This document shows, in pieces, positions 38,145 to 51,284 of a DNA stretch of 64,000 bases (the stretch's first letter is position 1; every line of letters begins with the position of its first letter). A model generated the notes under the pieces. It did no database searches, was not told where the DNA came from, and saw only the letters and a list, made by a program, of their open reading frames with translations. The DNA lies in the NCBI GenBank assembly GCA_963842945.1, contig CAWJIM010000019.1, positions 1-64,000 on the forward strand, in the 5' to 3' direction. The stretch is from an uncultured Gemmatimonadales bacterium (lineage in GTDB: Bacteria; Gemmatimonadota; Gemmatimonadetes; Gemmatimonadales; GWC2-71-9). Made by a program: the position numbers and the translations under genes.

Positions 38145-38163
38145 TGGTACCCACCACCTGCTG

Positions 38164-39695
38164 CTATGGCAATCGGAGCCGTTTCACCAGGCGGGCGTAG
38201 CGGGGATCGGCGCGAAGTTGATCCAGCCGGGGGTCGATCCGAAGGTACGGCAGCAGCTCGGACCGCTCCTCCATCGCCTGTTCCAGTGAGGCAAACGCTT
38301 TGCTGCGCTGTCCCAGCGCCGCCTGCATCGCGGCCTCGCAGATAGGGTGGCACCGCGGTTGGCCAGAATGGAGACCGCAAACCTTGCATCATGACCCGAG
38401 CCGAATCGGACTGGCCGGCCAGAGCCAGAACTGAGCCGCAGCAACTCGGTGCCAGCCGAAGCGGCGCGCGGCGCGCGGCATTCTCAGAGTGGGTCCTCGC
38501 CCGGCCGTAGTTGGCGGCAGCACAACTCCAGCAAACCGAGATCGAAGTGGGGCCGCCAGGCTGATCGAGTCCAGCTGAATTGCCCGGGCAAGTACCTCGC
38601 GCGCCCGGTCGAAGTCGCGGGTATGCAGGTACAGCCAGCCCAGCTGCTCCTGCGCGCCAGGTGAAAGCGGACTCAGCTCGACCGCCCGCCGGCTCATGGC
38701 GAGCGACCATCAGCCCGGCCCATCGCCAGCAGGAACCTGGCGTATGCCGCGTAGCCATCAGGCGATTTCGGGGCCAGCTCGATCGCGCGTTGGAACTCTG
38801 TGTCGGCGCCGGGCCAGTCGCGATAATAGCCCATTCGGATCTCGCCCAGAACGCGATGCGGTAGCGCCAGCGTGCTGTCGAGCTGCAGGGCCCGGCGGGC
38901 GGCGGTTTCGGCGGTGAGCAGGGTGAGGCGAGGCGGGAGCTCCTGCTGAACCCCGGGCATCTGAGCCTCCGCCAGTGCCGCATGGGCCAGGGCAAAGCCC
39001 GAGTCGAGCTGGATTGCCTGACTGAAATAAGCCGGTCACCGTCTGTGCGGCGTCCCGGCTGTCGCCCGGGCCAGGAGATATTTCCCGGCGATGTAGGCGT
39101 CATATGCCTCTGTGCTCGACGTGGGACCACGCCGGGCTCCGAGAACGGAATCGGCACCGGGAACTCGCAGGGTCAGCGCGATGCGCCCGGGTGATCTCGT
39201 TCTGGACTTGCAGCAGATCGGAGGCGGCTGACTCGTAGGTCTCCGACCAGAGATCGAAGCCTTCGCCCACATCCACCAGCTGAGCCGTCACCCGAATGCG
39301 CCCGCCGGCTCGGCGGATGTGCCCTGGAGAACGGTCCCAACGCCCAACGCCTTTCCCACCTCGACCGGGTTGGCCTGACTGCCGTTGTCGCGTGGCCACG
39401 GCGGCTCCGCCACGCTGAGATGGCGCATGCTGGCTCAGCAGCCCGGGTCAGCTCGGTGCCCATCCCGTAGCCGAGGTAGTTGTCGGAGGAGTCGGGGTTG
39501 GTATTGAGGAACGGAAGAACGGCGATCGAGCTGGGCCGGGCCTTGACGATCACCGGGCTGCGGAACCGGTGGAGCGTTGAACCGGAGCCAAAGACTCACC
39601 AGCAGGAGTCCGGACACGGCGACGCCGAACAGCCGCCAGTGGGGCGGAATCCGGCTGAAACCCTCGCCGGGTCGTGCTAACGAGCTCTCGGCCAT
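38164..39695 (-). CDS. Membrane-anchored TolB-like plus TPR protein, no kinase (multiple frameshifts)
   Basis: TM helix, SIAVLPFLN, RIRVTAQLVD, ARRALQLD, FQRAIELAP pieces over several frames. Confidence 0.75.
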
Positions 39696-39775
39696 GTTCG
39701 AGTATAGACCGGCACGCGTATGTGAGCCACGAGACGTCATGATTGACGGTCCCTGCGTCGGAGGTACCTTAGCGC

Positions 39776-41038
39776 ATGCCTTTCCTAAAACTGCTGGCTT
39801 CATTCTCGCTGCTGCTGGCGGGTTCTCTCGCCGCGCAACAACAGCCCATAGTGGTTCGCGCCGCGCGAATGGTGGACGTGAGCCGGGGTCAACTGGTCGC
39901 GCCGGCCGTTGTCGTTGTATCCGGAGGCAAGATCCGAAGCATCGGTGCTTCCGACGTTCCTGCCGGGGCCCGCACCATCGACCTGGGTGATCTCACCCTG
40001 CTGCCGGGCCTGATCGATGCGCACACCCATCTGACCATGGACATCTCGGGCGACTGGGTGACCCGGTCCGTCCGGGAGCTCCCGGCCGACGCTGCGTTGC
40101 GCGGGGCCCATAACGCGCGGCTCACTCTGCTCGCCGGATTCACCACGGTACGAGACGTGGGCGCGGGAGGCTTCGCCGACATCTCGCTGATGAACGCGAT
40201 CGATGCCGGCATGGTGATCGGCCCCCGGATGATCCCTTCCGCCCACGCGATCGGCATCACCGGCGGTCACTGCGACGAAACCGGGTGGGCGCCGGGGGTA
40301 AACGAGCTGAGCTGGAAAGAAGGCGTCGCCGACGGGGTGGACGAGGTGGTGAAGGCGGTCCGATACCAGATCAAGCACGGCGCCAAGGTGATCAAGGTGT
40401 GCGCGACGGCCGGGGTGTTGTCATTCGACGCCACCCTCGGCGCCCAGCAGCTGAGCGACGAGGAGCTGCGTGCCATCGTGCAGGAGGCAAACCGCCACGG
40501 GTTGAAGGTCGCGGCTCACGCCCACGGGACCGAAGGCATCAAGGCGGCAGTGCGAGCGGGGGTCGCTTCGATCGAGCACGGCTCCATGCTCGACGACCAG
40601 GCAATCGAGCTCATGAAGCGAAGCGGAACCTACCTGGTTCCTACCGCCTACTTGTTCAGCACCTTCCACTTCGACAGCATGCCGCCCGCCATAGCCGCCA
40701 AGGCTCGGCAGGCCATACCGCTGGCCCAGGAGAGCCATCGGCGAGCGATTCGTGCCGGGGTCAAGATCGCGCTGGGTACCGATGCGGCAGTCTATCCGCA
40801 TGGCGACAATGCCCGCGAGCTGGCCACCTATGTGGACTACGGAATGCGGCCTGCCGATGCACTCCGCGCCGCCACGGTGAACGCGGCCGATCTGCTGGGA
40901 GTCACCGACCGGGCCGTCATCGCCGCGGGGAAGCTGGCCGATCTGATTGCGGTGCGGGGGAACCCGCTGGAGGACGTGCGAGTGCTGGAGCAGGTGCGGT
41001 GGGTAATGAAAGCCGGCGAGGTGGTGAAAGGGCCATGA
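39776..41038 (+). CDS. Secreted metal-dependent amidohydrolase (prolidase-like)
   Basis: PGLIDAHTH, GFTTVRD, AAHAHG, IEHG, GTDA, GKLADL. Confidence 0.92.
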   Translation: MPFLKLLASFSLLLAGSLAAQQQPIVVRAARMVDVSRGQLVAPAVVVVSGGKIRSIGASDVPAGARTIDLGDLTLLPGLIDAHTHLTMDISGDWVTRSVRELPADAALRGAHNARLTLLAGFTTVRDVGAGGFADISLMNAIDAGMVIGPRMIPSAHAIGITGGHCDETGWAPGVNELSWKEGVADGVDEVVKAVRYQIKHGAKVIKVCATAGVLSFDATLGAQQLSDEELRAIVQEANRHGLKVAAHAHGTEGIKAAVRAGVASIEHGSMLDDQAIELMKRSGTYLVPTAYLFSTFHFDSMPPAIAAKARQAIPLAQESHRRAIRAGVKIALGTDAAVYPHGDNARELATYVDYGMRPADALRAATVNAADLLGVTDRAVIAAGKLADLIAVRGNPLEDVRVLEQVRWVMKAGEVVKGP

Positions 41039-41088
41039 GAGGTCGCTGGCACGACATGACTCTCTGTCAGCAAGCCATCACGTTGCGG

Positions 41089-44022
41089 TTATCTGGGTTC
41101 GTCTACCAGCCGCGCCAGTTCCGCGCGCACCCGGTCCACCTCCGGTTTAACCGCAGTCTCAGGGTTGTAGCGCAGCGCGAGGTAATGGCTGTACGCCTTG
41201 ATCGCGCCCTCGCGGTCCCCCACGAGCGCCGCGAGGCGGCCCTGCTCCCGCAGGCCATACGCGAGGTTCAATATTGGGAAATATTTCGAGAGCAGCCGAG
41301 TTGCCCGGAGCGCACCCTGCAAGTCACCCTGGGCCTCGCGCCACCGTGCAACTTCCATGGCCCAGCCCGGCACTCCTCCACCTGCACGGAGAAGTGAGTC
41401 CAGCCGGCCAAACGCAGCTCCTGCGTCGGGCCGGTGCTCCGCGGCGGCCAGTAGCGCCTCCAACAAGAAGCCGCACCCCCAAGCATTCCCCGCCGCCAGT
41501 CGCGCGATCGCCGATCGGGCGGTCCGGGTGTTGCCATGGGCCAGTCGCCACCACTCCACGGGGCACATAGCCTCATATTGTTGCTTTCGGGCCGCCGAGT
41601 CTCGCGCCACCGGGCCATCAGCATATGGCGCGAGGCGGGCCAAGGCTTCCACGCCTGCCGTGGTGTCGACGTTCCCGTAGTACCCGTATATCGTGTGGAC
41701 GATGATGTACCCCTGCAGGAGGCGCGCAGCCCGTTCGCGGCGCATGAGTGTCGGGATGGCCTCCTTTGGACCCAACTGGGCGACCGCGGCCGTCGCTGCG
41801 GCAGGCCGACCCAACTGTTGATAGAAAACGAAAATGTCGAGGACCCCCCAGAAGCCACCCGGTCCCGGCCTCGACCGCCTCAGGTACAGCGCCGCACTGC
41901 GCTCGGCTTCCTGCATGGCGATTCCGAACAACTCTGCGTCGAGCAGCAGCTGATCAATGCCGTTGCCGGTGCTGTCGAACTCCTGCCGAGCCGCGATGAG
42001 CATCGCGCTATCGCCCAAGACCGCGCCGGCCTGTAGCCGACGCAAGGCGCTCCTGGGCTCATCCTTGGGAAGGCGGTTGATCAGCCGCCGCACCACGGCG
42101 GTGTCCCGCTCCATTTCGGCGATCTCCAGCAGGTGAATCATGGGCTCGACGTTGAGCGTCGAATCCAGCGCGAGCGCGCGGTTGAGCGCCTCCGCGGCGC
42201 GGCGGAGCGGCTCCTCGACGTCGGCCACGCCGCCGTCGTGGAAGTACGCGTCTCCCAGCTGGATCCACAGATCGGGGTCATCGGGCACCTGCCGCACCGC
42301 CTTTTCCCACGCCTGTATCCGCTCGGTGGATGACGGGGGATCAGGGTACCGGGGGCCCTCCAGCGCCTCGAGGAACACCTGCTCCCGTGGACCCAGCCGA
42401 TCACGGTAAGTCCGGGTGAGCCGCATGGCGCGCGTATCCCCCCCGCCTGTATTCTCGGTCCAACCCGCCGATTGGAGATATCCGAGCGCGGCACGGGCAA
42501 AGGTAGAGTCGAGCTCGAGCGCGCGGCCGAAGTGCCGGACGGCCGTATCGTACTGGCCGGCACGATAGGCCGCGTTGCCGGCGAGATAGGCGTACAAAGC
42601 GGAGAGCGACGTGCTCGTCAGACTCGCGAGGCGATCCGCCGGCACGCCCGCTCCCTGCGCCGCGAGCTGGGCGGCAAAGTGATCGACCAGCGAGTGGAGA
42701 CTGTCGGGCGTCCCTTCGACCTTGGCCTCGGCCCGTACCCGGCCGTCCTCGGTGTCGAGCAGCGACCCATTCAAGATCAGGCGTCCGGGCGTGGCCACGA
42801 TGGTGCCCAGCACCAGGGCGCCGGCTCCAAGCCGGCGCGCCACCTCGCGGGCGTCGTCCTGGGTAAGATCTTGACCCCGCGGTCCAACGGCTATGGTGCC
42901 ACGCGGCCAGGGCGGTCCGCGCCGGGACGACCCGGGCGCCGCCGGCGCCGGAGAACTCGACCTCCAGGAAGTCCACCATCCCTTCGCGCAGGGCGTTGGA
43001 ACTCGTGTCGGTGCCAGTGAGCCTGAAGGGAAAGACTGCCATGAGGCCGGGATCAAGTTTCGCTGATGGCGAGCGTCGGGCAAGGATCAGCGTTACGCCC
43101 AGGAGTACCGCGAGCAGTCCCGCCGCAGCAACGATCCAGCCCTGCGCTGGGGTGCATGGGCGCGTAGGCCGCGCTCACGCGCTACTGGCGCATTGGGCTG
43201 GGCAAGAGCCTCTGCAAACCGACCCACCGTTGCGAAGCGATCGGCAGGCGATTTCGACAGCGCCCGGTTGATCGCCTGCTCGACATGGAAGGGTACCGAC
43301 TCGCGCACGGTTCGGAGCGGCGGCACCGGTTCCGTCAGCCGCCGGGCCAGGATTGCCTGCGCGGTACGTCCGGTGAAGGGCGGTTCTCCGGCCAGCATCT
43401 CATACAGGACGCAACCCAGCGCGTACTGGTCGCTCCGCCCGTCCATGTTTTCGCCGGCCCCCTGCTCCGGGCTCATGTACAGTGGAGTGCCGAGGCTGAG
43501 CCCGGTCTCGGTCAGCGCCTCCGAGCTAGCCACAGTGATCGCCTTGGCGATCCCGAAATCCGCCACCACTGCGTGCCCGTTCTCCAGGAGGATGTTCCCC
43601 GGCTTGATGTCCCGGTGGATCACGCCGTAGGTGTGGGCGTAGTCCAGCGCGTCCGCCACCTCGCGCGCGATCTGCAGGGCGTCGTCGAGCGGCAGCTGCT
43701 TCTCGCGCCCCATTCGCTCGCGGAGGGACTCGCCCTCCACGAGGGGCATAACATAGAAAAGGAATTCGTCCGCCTCGCCGGAATCGAAGAGCGGGAGGAT
43801 GTGGGGGTGGCGCAGGTTGGCTGTGGTGGTGACCTCACGCAGGAAGCGATCCCGGCCCAGGGCGGCGGCGAGCTCGGGGCGGAGCACCTTGATGGCGACC
43901 TGGCGCCGGTGCTTCAGGTCCTGGGCCAGGTAGACGATCGCCATCCCACCCGAGCCGAGCTCGCGCTCGAGGTGATACCGATCGGCGAGGGCGGCCCGAA
44001 GCCGCGTGAGGATGTCGGACAG
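41089..44022 (-). CDS. Ser/Thr kinase-TM-TolB-like-TPR protein A (frameshifted; no canonical start codon seen)
   Basis: ELGSGGMA, HRDIKPGN, DFG, GTPLYMSPE; AVFPF and TPR C-terminus. Confidence 0.85.
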
Positions 44023-44286
44023 GTTACAGGTCTGTGAGGGTGCTTGAAGATGGGCGACGCTTGCAGTGACTGGCTAGTCAAGCAGCCGCTCCAGTCCTGG
44101 AGCGAGCAGTACAGCAAACTCCACTCATCATGGGTTCTAGCGGTGAGTCGACCAGCAAGCAACGGGAGTACTAAGGCTAGAGGGGATCTGGATGAACGCA
44201 GCGGAGCCGCCGCCGGGGCGGTATATTTAGGTAGTTGTCCCTCCGCTGCGTGACACTCCCGGATCGGTCCCGGGTCCAAGGCCCCC

Positions 44287-47200
44287 ATGAGTGCTTCCAC
44301 GTCGGCGACGTCCGATCAGCCGCTCGGATTTTCGTCGAGTGAGATCCCCCCGCGACTGGCGGCCGCTCTAGCGGACCGCTACGTGCTGGAGCGCGAGCTG
44401 GGCCGCGGGGGCATGGCCACGGTGTACCTGGCCCAGGACCTCCGGCACCACGCGCTCGGTCGCGCTCAAGGTGCTGCATCCCGCCCTGGCTCAGGCGCTG
44501 GGGCCGGAGCGCTTCCTTCGCGAAATCCAGATCGCCGCCCGGCTCCAGCACGCCCACATCCTGCCGCTGTTCGACTCGGGCACCGCCGACGGGCTGCCCT
44601 ACTACGCCATGCCCTACATCGAGGGCGAGTCGCTCCGGGCCCGGATGACCCGGGAGCGGCAGCTCGACCTCCCCGAGGCGCTGCGGATCAGCCGGGAGAT
44701 CGCCGCCGCGCTGGGCCACGCCCATGCCCAGGGGATCGTGCACCGCGACATCAAGCCGGAGAACATCCTGCTCACCCGGGAGGGGAGTGTGCTGGTGGCC
44801 GACTTCGGCATCGCCCGGGCGGTCGGCCGCCGCCGGGGTCGAGAAGCTGACCGAGACCGGGCTCTCGCTGGGCACGCCGGCCTACATGAGCCCGGAGCAG
44901 GCCGCGGGGGACGACCAGCTGGATGGCCGCAGCGACCTCTACGCCCTGGGCTGTGTGCTCTACGAGATGCTGGCGGGCCAGCCCCCCTTCACCGGACGCA
45001 CCGCCCAGGCGATCCTGGCCCGGCACGCCATCGATCCGGTGCCCAGCCTCCGCACGGTGCGCTCGACCGTCCCCCTGGCCCTGGACCACGCCATCAGCAC
45101 GCCACTGGCCAAGGTGCCGGCCGACCGGTTCGCCACCGCGGGCGCATTCGTCAGCGCGCTGGACCAAGCAGCGAGTGTGACGGCGCCTTCGCGTCCCGGC
45201 CTTCGGATACGCAAGACACTGCTTCTGGGTTTGATTGTCGCGATCGTGGCAGTGGGGGTCGGCTACCTGATCAGGCGCTCACCGAGCACCGCCGCGTCGA
45301 GCCCGAAACTCGTGGCCATCCTCCCGTTCCGCACCTCGGGAGCAAGCCCCGAGCTCGCCTGGGTGCGCGAGGGTATGGTCGATCTACTCGCCATCGCGCT
45401 CGGCAGCGAGGGCGATCTTAGAGCTGTCGAGCCGCGGGCAGTACTCAGCGCCTGGAGCCGGGTGGCGGGAGCACACGACCAGGAGATCACTCCCGAGGCG
45501 GCACGCGATCTGGCGCAAAGTGTAGGGGCCGGGCGCGTTATTGACGGCGGCGTGGTCGGCACTGCCCAGTCACCTGACGCTGAGCGCCGCTTTGCTGGGC
45601 TACCCTGGGGCGCCGGGCAGGGGCCGCGCGAGCGTGGAGGGCCCGGTCGACAGCCTATCAATGTTGGTCAATCGACTGGCCGGACAACTGTTGATCCTAG
45701 AGGCCGGCACAGAAGCCTCCCGGCCCTCTCCGCTCACCACCACATCAATGCCGGCAATCCGCGCCTACCTTGCTGGGCGCGCGGCCTTCCGCAAGGGTCT
45801 CCCCTACGACGCAGCCCGCCATTATCGCGAGGCAACGGTTCTGGATTCCACCTTCGCGCTGGCGGCGCTGGAGCTGGTGCATGCGTCGAACTGGACCGGC
45901 GATTCGGAGGAAGATGCCGAGCGCGGCAAGCGGCTGGCCTTGGCTGGTAGAGGGCGGCTCGGTGCCAGCGATCAGGCGTTGCTGGATGTCTGGGCCGTGC
46001 CGCTGCCTACCATCCCCGACCGGCTGCGGCGATGGCACGCGGCTGCGCGCGCGTACCCCGACCGTCCGGAAATCTGGTACGGACTCGGAGATACCTACTA
46101 CCACGTCGGCATGAAAGGCGGGGTGGACGATCCCCTGCGACTCGCGGCTGGGGCATTTCAACGGGGCTGGGAGCTCGAATCGGCGAGTGAGACCGATTCC
46201 CTAGCCGCTGCGCGGTCGCCCATCTTCGCCGAGCCGCTGGCGCACATGGTCGAGATCGCACAGGTGAAAGGCGATACCGCGTCGGTGCGTGGCCTCGTCG
46301 CTTTAGGGTTGGCCGCCGACTCGACGAACCGGGGTGGATGGTACCTGCGCTGGCATCGGGCGGTCGCGTTGGGGGACTCGGCCCGGCGCGCCTACTGGGC
46401 CGAAGCCCAGCGGATCCAGCTGGGGCCATTTCCGTTCGATTTGATCTATCGGTTCACCGCCTCATCGGGCATCGGAATGCAGGACTACGCTCGCGTGGCC
46501 GACTCGATGTTCCGGCTATGGAAGGCCGGCAACCCCGAACAGGCGGCCTTCCACCAAAGCGTGCACGAGCTGAATGGGGGCCATCCCCGCAACGCCGCAC
46601 GCCTGCTGCTTAAAATCCCCGACGCGTCAGGTCTGAGCTTAGGCTTTCCCATTCGCCTCGCGCTGTATTGGGGAGGGGACACCAGCGCGGCAGTCGAGGG
46701 CGCCAGGCAGTTGCTGCCATACGCTACCTCCAGACTTGCCCGCGGTGAAGCCGGACAGGACCAGTTGCAGAGCGTCTGTGCTCTAGCCACATGGCGTCTT
46801 GCCCGCGGAGACTACCGATACGCCGAGGCAGCGATCCGACGGCTTCGTGGTACCGTGGTGACGGGGCTCCTCCCGGGTGATTCAATCGCCGTCAGCCAAT
46901 ACACAACCCTATGTGGTGCGTTGCTCGAGGCCTCACGGGCTGAGGGACTCCACTTGCCAAACGCCCGGGCCGCGCTCGCATTGGCCGATACCGCCGCTCG
47001 GACTTATGACGTGGGAGCATCGCTTGGTGCGAACCTCGTAGTCGCCCGTATTGCCGAGGCTCAAGCCAACCTCCCGTTGGCCATCAGGGCGGTGCGCCGG
47101 CGCGCCGGCAGCTATGATCTGCTTCCCACCTATTATCTCTCCACCTTCTTGCACGAGGAGGGGCGCCTCGCCGCGCTCACCGGCGACACGGCCGGTGCTG

Positions 47201-47319
47201 TTCGGGCATACCAGCACTACCTCGCCCTTCGACCGGATCCAGAACCGGAGGTAAAGCCGGAAGTCGAGCGGGTGCGGGAAGAGCTCGCGCGAATGGTGGG
47301 AGAGCACCCAGGGCAGTAG
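44287..47319 (+). CDS. Ser/Thr kinase-TM-TolB-like-TPR protein B (frameshifted)
   Basis: ELGRGGMA, HRDIKPEN, DFG, GTPAYMSPE across frames. Confidence 0.88.
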
Positions 47320-47346
47320 CCAAAGTGCATCGCCTGTGCGGGTCGA

Positions 47347-50300
47347 TTATTCCGCGAAGTTCACCACGGTGAAGCGCCCGACCCGACGAGCATCGCCGGC
47401 CTCGATGTGGTAGAAATAAACCCCGCTCGCCACCACCTGATTATTGCGACTCCGGACGTCCCAGGTCTCCGCGCCCCCAAACGTGCTCGAGTGATGCTCC
47501 AGCAGGGTGACGAGAACCCCGCTGGAGGAATAGATCCTGATGATGGCATCGGCCGGCAGATTGACGAACTGGATCACCTTGCCCTGGGAGGTGCGTTCGA
47601 ACTGACTGGTGACATAGTAGGGATCGGGCACCGTGTGCACCCGGGCCAGATCCTGTGATGTGGACGCTGCGAGTGCATTCGTGGCGCTGAAGGTGAGGTT
47701 TACCTGGGCCCCGAGTGCCGAGAAGGTCCGCGGCACTCCCGTGAAGCTGTATGGTCCCAGCGATCCCGCGGCACCGTTCCCCCCGTTCACATATCCGATG
47801 TAGCTGCGCATGGTCCAGATGGTGCCTGGGGCCGGCACACCAGCGCCGGGTGCGAGCTCGAACATGAAGATGTCGCCCGCCAGGTACATCGAAAAACCGG
47901 GGTTGGGACGAGCCGGAGCCGCAGCGATCTCAGCCGCTCCCCCACCGGAGATCACGGTCGATCCGGGGACGGCTGTGTTGCTCAAGGTGTACGCGACTGT
48001 ACAATTGGACGCTCCGTTGCTGAACGCAAAAGGTTGGTCGGGCTGGCGGCTGGGATCATTCAGCGGGAACACGCAGCCATAGTCCAGCACGGTGAGATTG
48101 GCGGGGCGCGCATCCGCCGAGCCGGCCGCGCTGGTATTGGCCTGATTGAGGAATCCCCAGCCCCCACCCAGGCTCTCGGCGATGAACGGCACCGGAACGT
48201 TGTGGGTCAGGTCGATGACCGAATCAACCAGTCCGCCTGCTCCCCAATAGACGTTATAGTCTGCCGCCCGGACCGCGCCGGCCAGCGCGGCCTCGATCGC
48301 CCGGAACTCGCCACCGACCTGGTGGTATGACTGCGGGTGCTGGATCGTGAGCACCCCCGGCAGCTCACCAGCGTTGTTGTTGTCCGTGGCGTCGCCGCTG
48401 CCGGCCACGTTTCCCGCATTCGGGTCAGCCCTGGTTTCGTTAGACCCCGAGAACCAGCGGGGCCCATTGTAGGTGCAGTTGCCCCCGAACAGGTCGTCGA
48501 TGTGGCAGCCCCGCCCATATGCCTCCGTGAACTGATACCCAACCAGGCCCTGAGTGACCTGCCCGTTCTGCACGAAGCCGGCAGGGACTCCGAACTTGGC
48601 GGCGAGAGACGGGTCCGCTGTTGCCGCCGGGACCGGCCCGCTCAGCATCTGCGGATTGGCCGTGTCCACCGGCTGGGCGATGGCGATGGCGATGGTATCC
48701 AGCACACCAGAGGCCGAGCTGGTCTCATAGGTATAGGTGACCGGGATACTGTTTCGGGAGTCGCCCAGGCCGAGCCCAAGCAGCCTGGCGCTGAAGGTGC
48801 CGGTTCCGCTGAAAATCGTGGCAGCCAGACCGCCGGAGAATCCGAGTTGAATGTTGTCGGCCGGGGGCTGCTTGCCGCTGAACCGGCCCGTGGTCGGCTC
48901 TATCGTCGGAATGGTTGCGCCCACGCTGAGATTCACGCCACGACCCTCGATTGATTGCGTCAGCGTGGCTGTGCTCTGGAAGTTCGCCGCCGGGGCCTGG
49001 GGCACCACCGGCTTGGTATTGCGCACGGACTCGTTGGTGGACGGGCCCGATTGAAGCGAATTCACGTCGAAGGCTGTCACCGAATAGAAGTAACGCAGGT
49101 TGCTGCGCACACCGGTGTCCAGGAAGGTGAACGGCACCCCGTTGTCGGACAGCTCGGGGGTGTTGCCCGACTCCGAGCCGGTGAAAGCGGTATCCGCTTG
49201 CAGGAGGATCGCCTCTCCGGTCGCAAGCTTGGTGCGTCCGCCGCGCTTTACCTGGATGATGGGTCCGACCAGGGGAACATCGATGCTGACGGTCGGCGCC
49301 ACACCCACCACCAGCGAGTCGAAGTCCACCGGACAACCGAACGTTGTGTCGGAGAGGGCCGGATCATCCGGGGTCGGGCCGATGGTGACAGTGTTGATGC
49401 CCAACTCCGGGGCGCATCCCGGCGACGGATTGACCTGACCCTGGAAGTCGCTGATGCTGGTACCGGCATAGTCGAACTGCGCCACCAGGGAAAGCTCGTT
49501 CGGAGAATCCACCCGGCCTCGATAGACCCGGTATCCCTCGACGTCGAACTGCCGATAGTTCGGGTCGTACAGCGGATTGGGCACCGGAGCACCGCCACCT
49601 GGGGCCGGGACAGTGGGAGGACTGGCGCTGGCGAAGAACGGGTCTCCCGTGTTCTCGGTGGGACTGGACTGCCAGAGAACCGTTACCTGGTTGTCTCCTG
49701 GAATCAAATAGAACGGCGGTGGGTCTGGAGGGAACGGAAGCAGAAATCCTTCATCGAACACGGCCTGAGCTACCCGCGCCTTCCCCAACAGCGAGCCTGG
49801 CACTACCCGGAATTCCTCCTGCTCGACCCGGCCATTCCCGTTGGCATCGGTGAATCCACGGTATCCGGTGAGACGATCAATTGGGTTCACCCCAGCATCC
49901 ATGCGCACCGGGTCACCGAGAATGGTGGCGTCCTCGGGACGGATATCGCACGGTGGAGTGCAGACCGGATCCTGCACTGGAGCGGCGAAGATATACGCCA
50001 CCACGATAGAGCCGAACTCGCCTGGGTTCAGGGTCATCGGCCCGGAGGACTGGAAAAAGCGGATGTCGGCGGGTTGGGCATTATTGATGAAGCAGATATG
50101 GGTGACTCTGGGGTCGCCGTTGTTGCATTGGCTGTCACCCAGTGCCGGGTCCAGGGTGGCGGAGAGATAGCGGTAGAGCTGTTGGGCGGTGGACGGATCG
50201 TTAAAGGAGCCCCCATTGAGGGTGTTGCCGAACACCGTGAGCCCCACCTCCTGACCCTCGGAGTTCAGTGGGCTCCGCAGATACTTCACCCCGGCAAAGC

Positions 50301-51284
50301 CGGTTCCGGCGAAGAAGGGAGGGCCGAAGATTGCCGGGTCGTAGGTCCAATCCTCGCGCTGGCCGAAGCTGTGGTCGTAGGTGTAGCCCAGGGCAAAGGG
50401 AAGGTTCACCGAGGAATAATTCTGCCCCGCGTCGGCGACATCCATGTCGGCGGCGAACGCAACGTAGACCTCGCGGATGGGATATCCTCGCTCCGGAAGC
50501 GCCACGTTATACGCCGCATTGTTGAGCTGCTGGAAGTCTCTGGCCTTCTCCAGCAGGATCTCCCGCATGGCCGGCCGCACATTGGAATAATCCGCAACGT
50601 CGGTAGACGTGATATTGTAGATGGTATAGATGAAGTAGAGGATATCCTCGTTGCCGGCTGGGAAAGTTCCAGCCCATTCCCCGCTGCTCGAGCAGAACAC
50701 CCAGTGGATGCGGCCGCGGCGCGCGGCCGGTGATAGCCGGGTTCCCCTCCCAGGTGAGCCACCAGACGTCGCCCGGATGAGGCTGACGCCCGCCCCCGAA
50801 GAATCGGGTTGAAGAGCTCCTCTGAGGCATCACCGGCCGGGACATAGGCGGCCGCCGGCCAGTCAGCCAGATCCACCGGGTTGTTAGAGTTAAAGATCGG
50901 ACGCACCGGCTCGCCGTCGCCTGCCCCGACCGGGTTATAAAAGGTCGCGCTGCTGGTGTCCCCCGCCCACGGGTTGGCAGGCGCGCCACCCACTATACCG
51001 GCGAGCTGGAATCCCGAGGCGAAGATGTACTGATCGGCGGTTCCTTTGGGCCAGAAACCGCCACCCACAGCACCCGAGCCGGTGCTATCCACGCAGATTT
51101 GTCCGACGGCCACCAATCCGCAGTAGACCCGGTTGATGGTCAGCGCCCCCGTGGCACGTGCCAGCAGGCGAAAGCCTGTCTGGATATCCCCGGCCTCGGA
51201 CGCACCGAACCAGCGGCCAGGAACTGGGGGTAGCCCTACGAGCCCGGCCATCATCGCGAGATTCACCAGGCAGGCTCTGCTCAA
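47347..51284 (-). CDS. Large secreted protein with T9SS-CTD-like C-terminus (frameshifts ~50.7 kb)
   Basis: DVEGYRVYR, YFYSVTAFD; C-terminal VPDPY...IRIYSSSG...WD..VASGVYFYHIE. Confidence 0.8.

Noticed and set aside
48955..50733. Long opposite-strand ORFs (also 20445-21485, 22314-23615, 28104-29264)
   Set aside because: Antisense shadows of high-GC3 genes with no recognisable motifs
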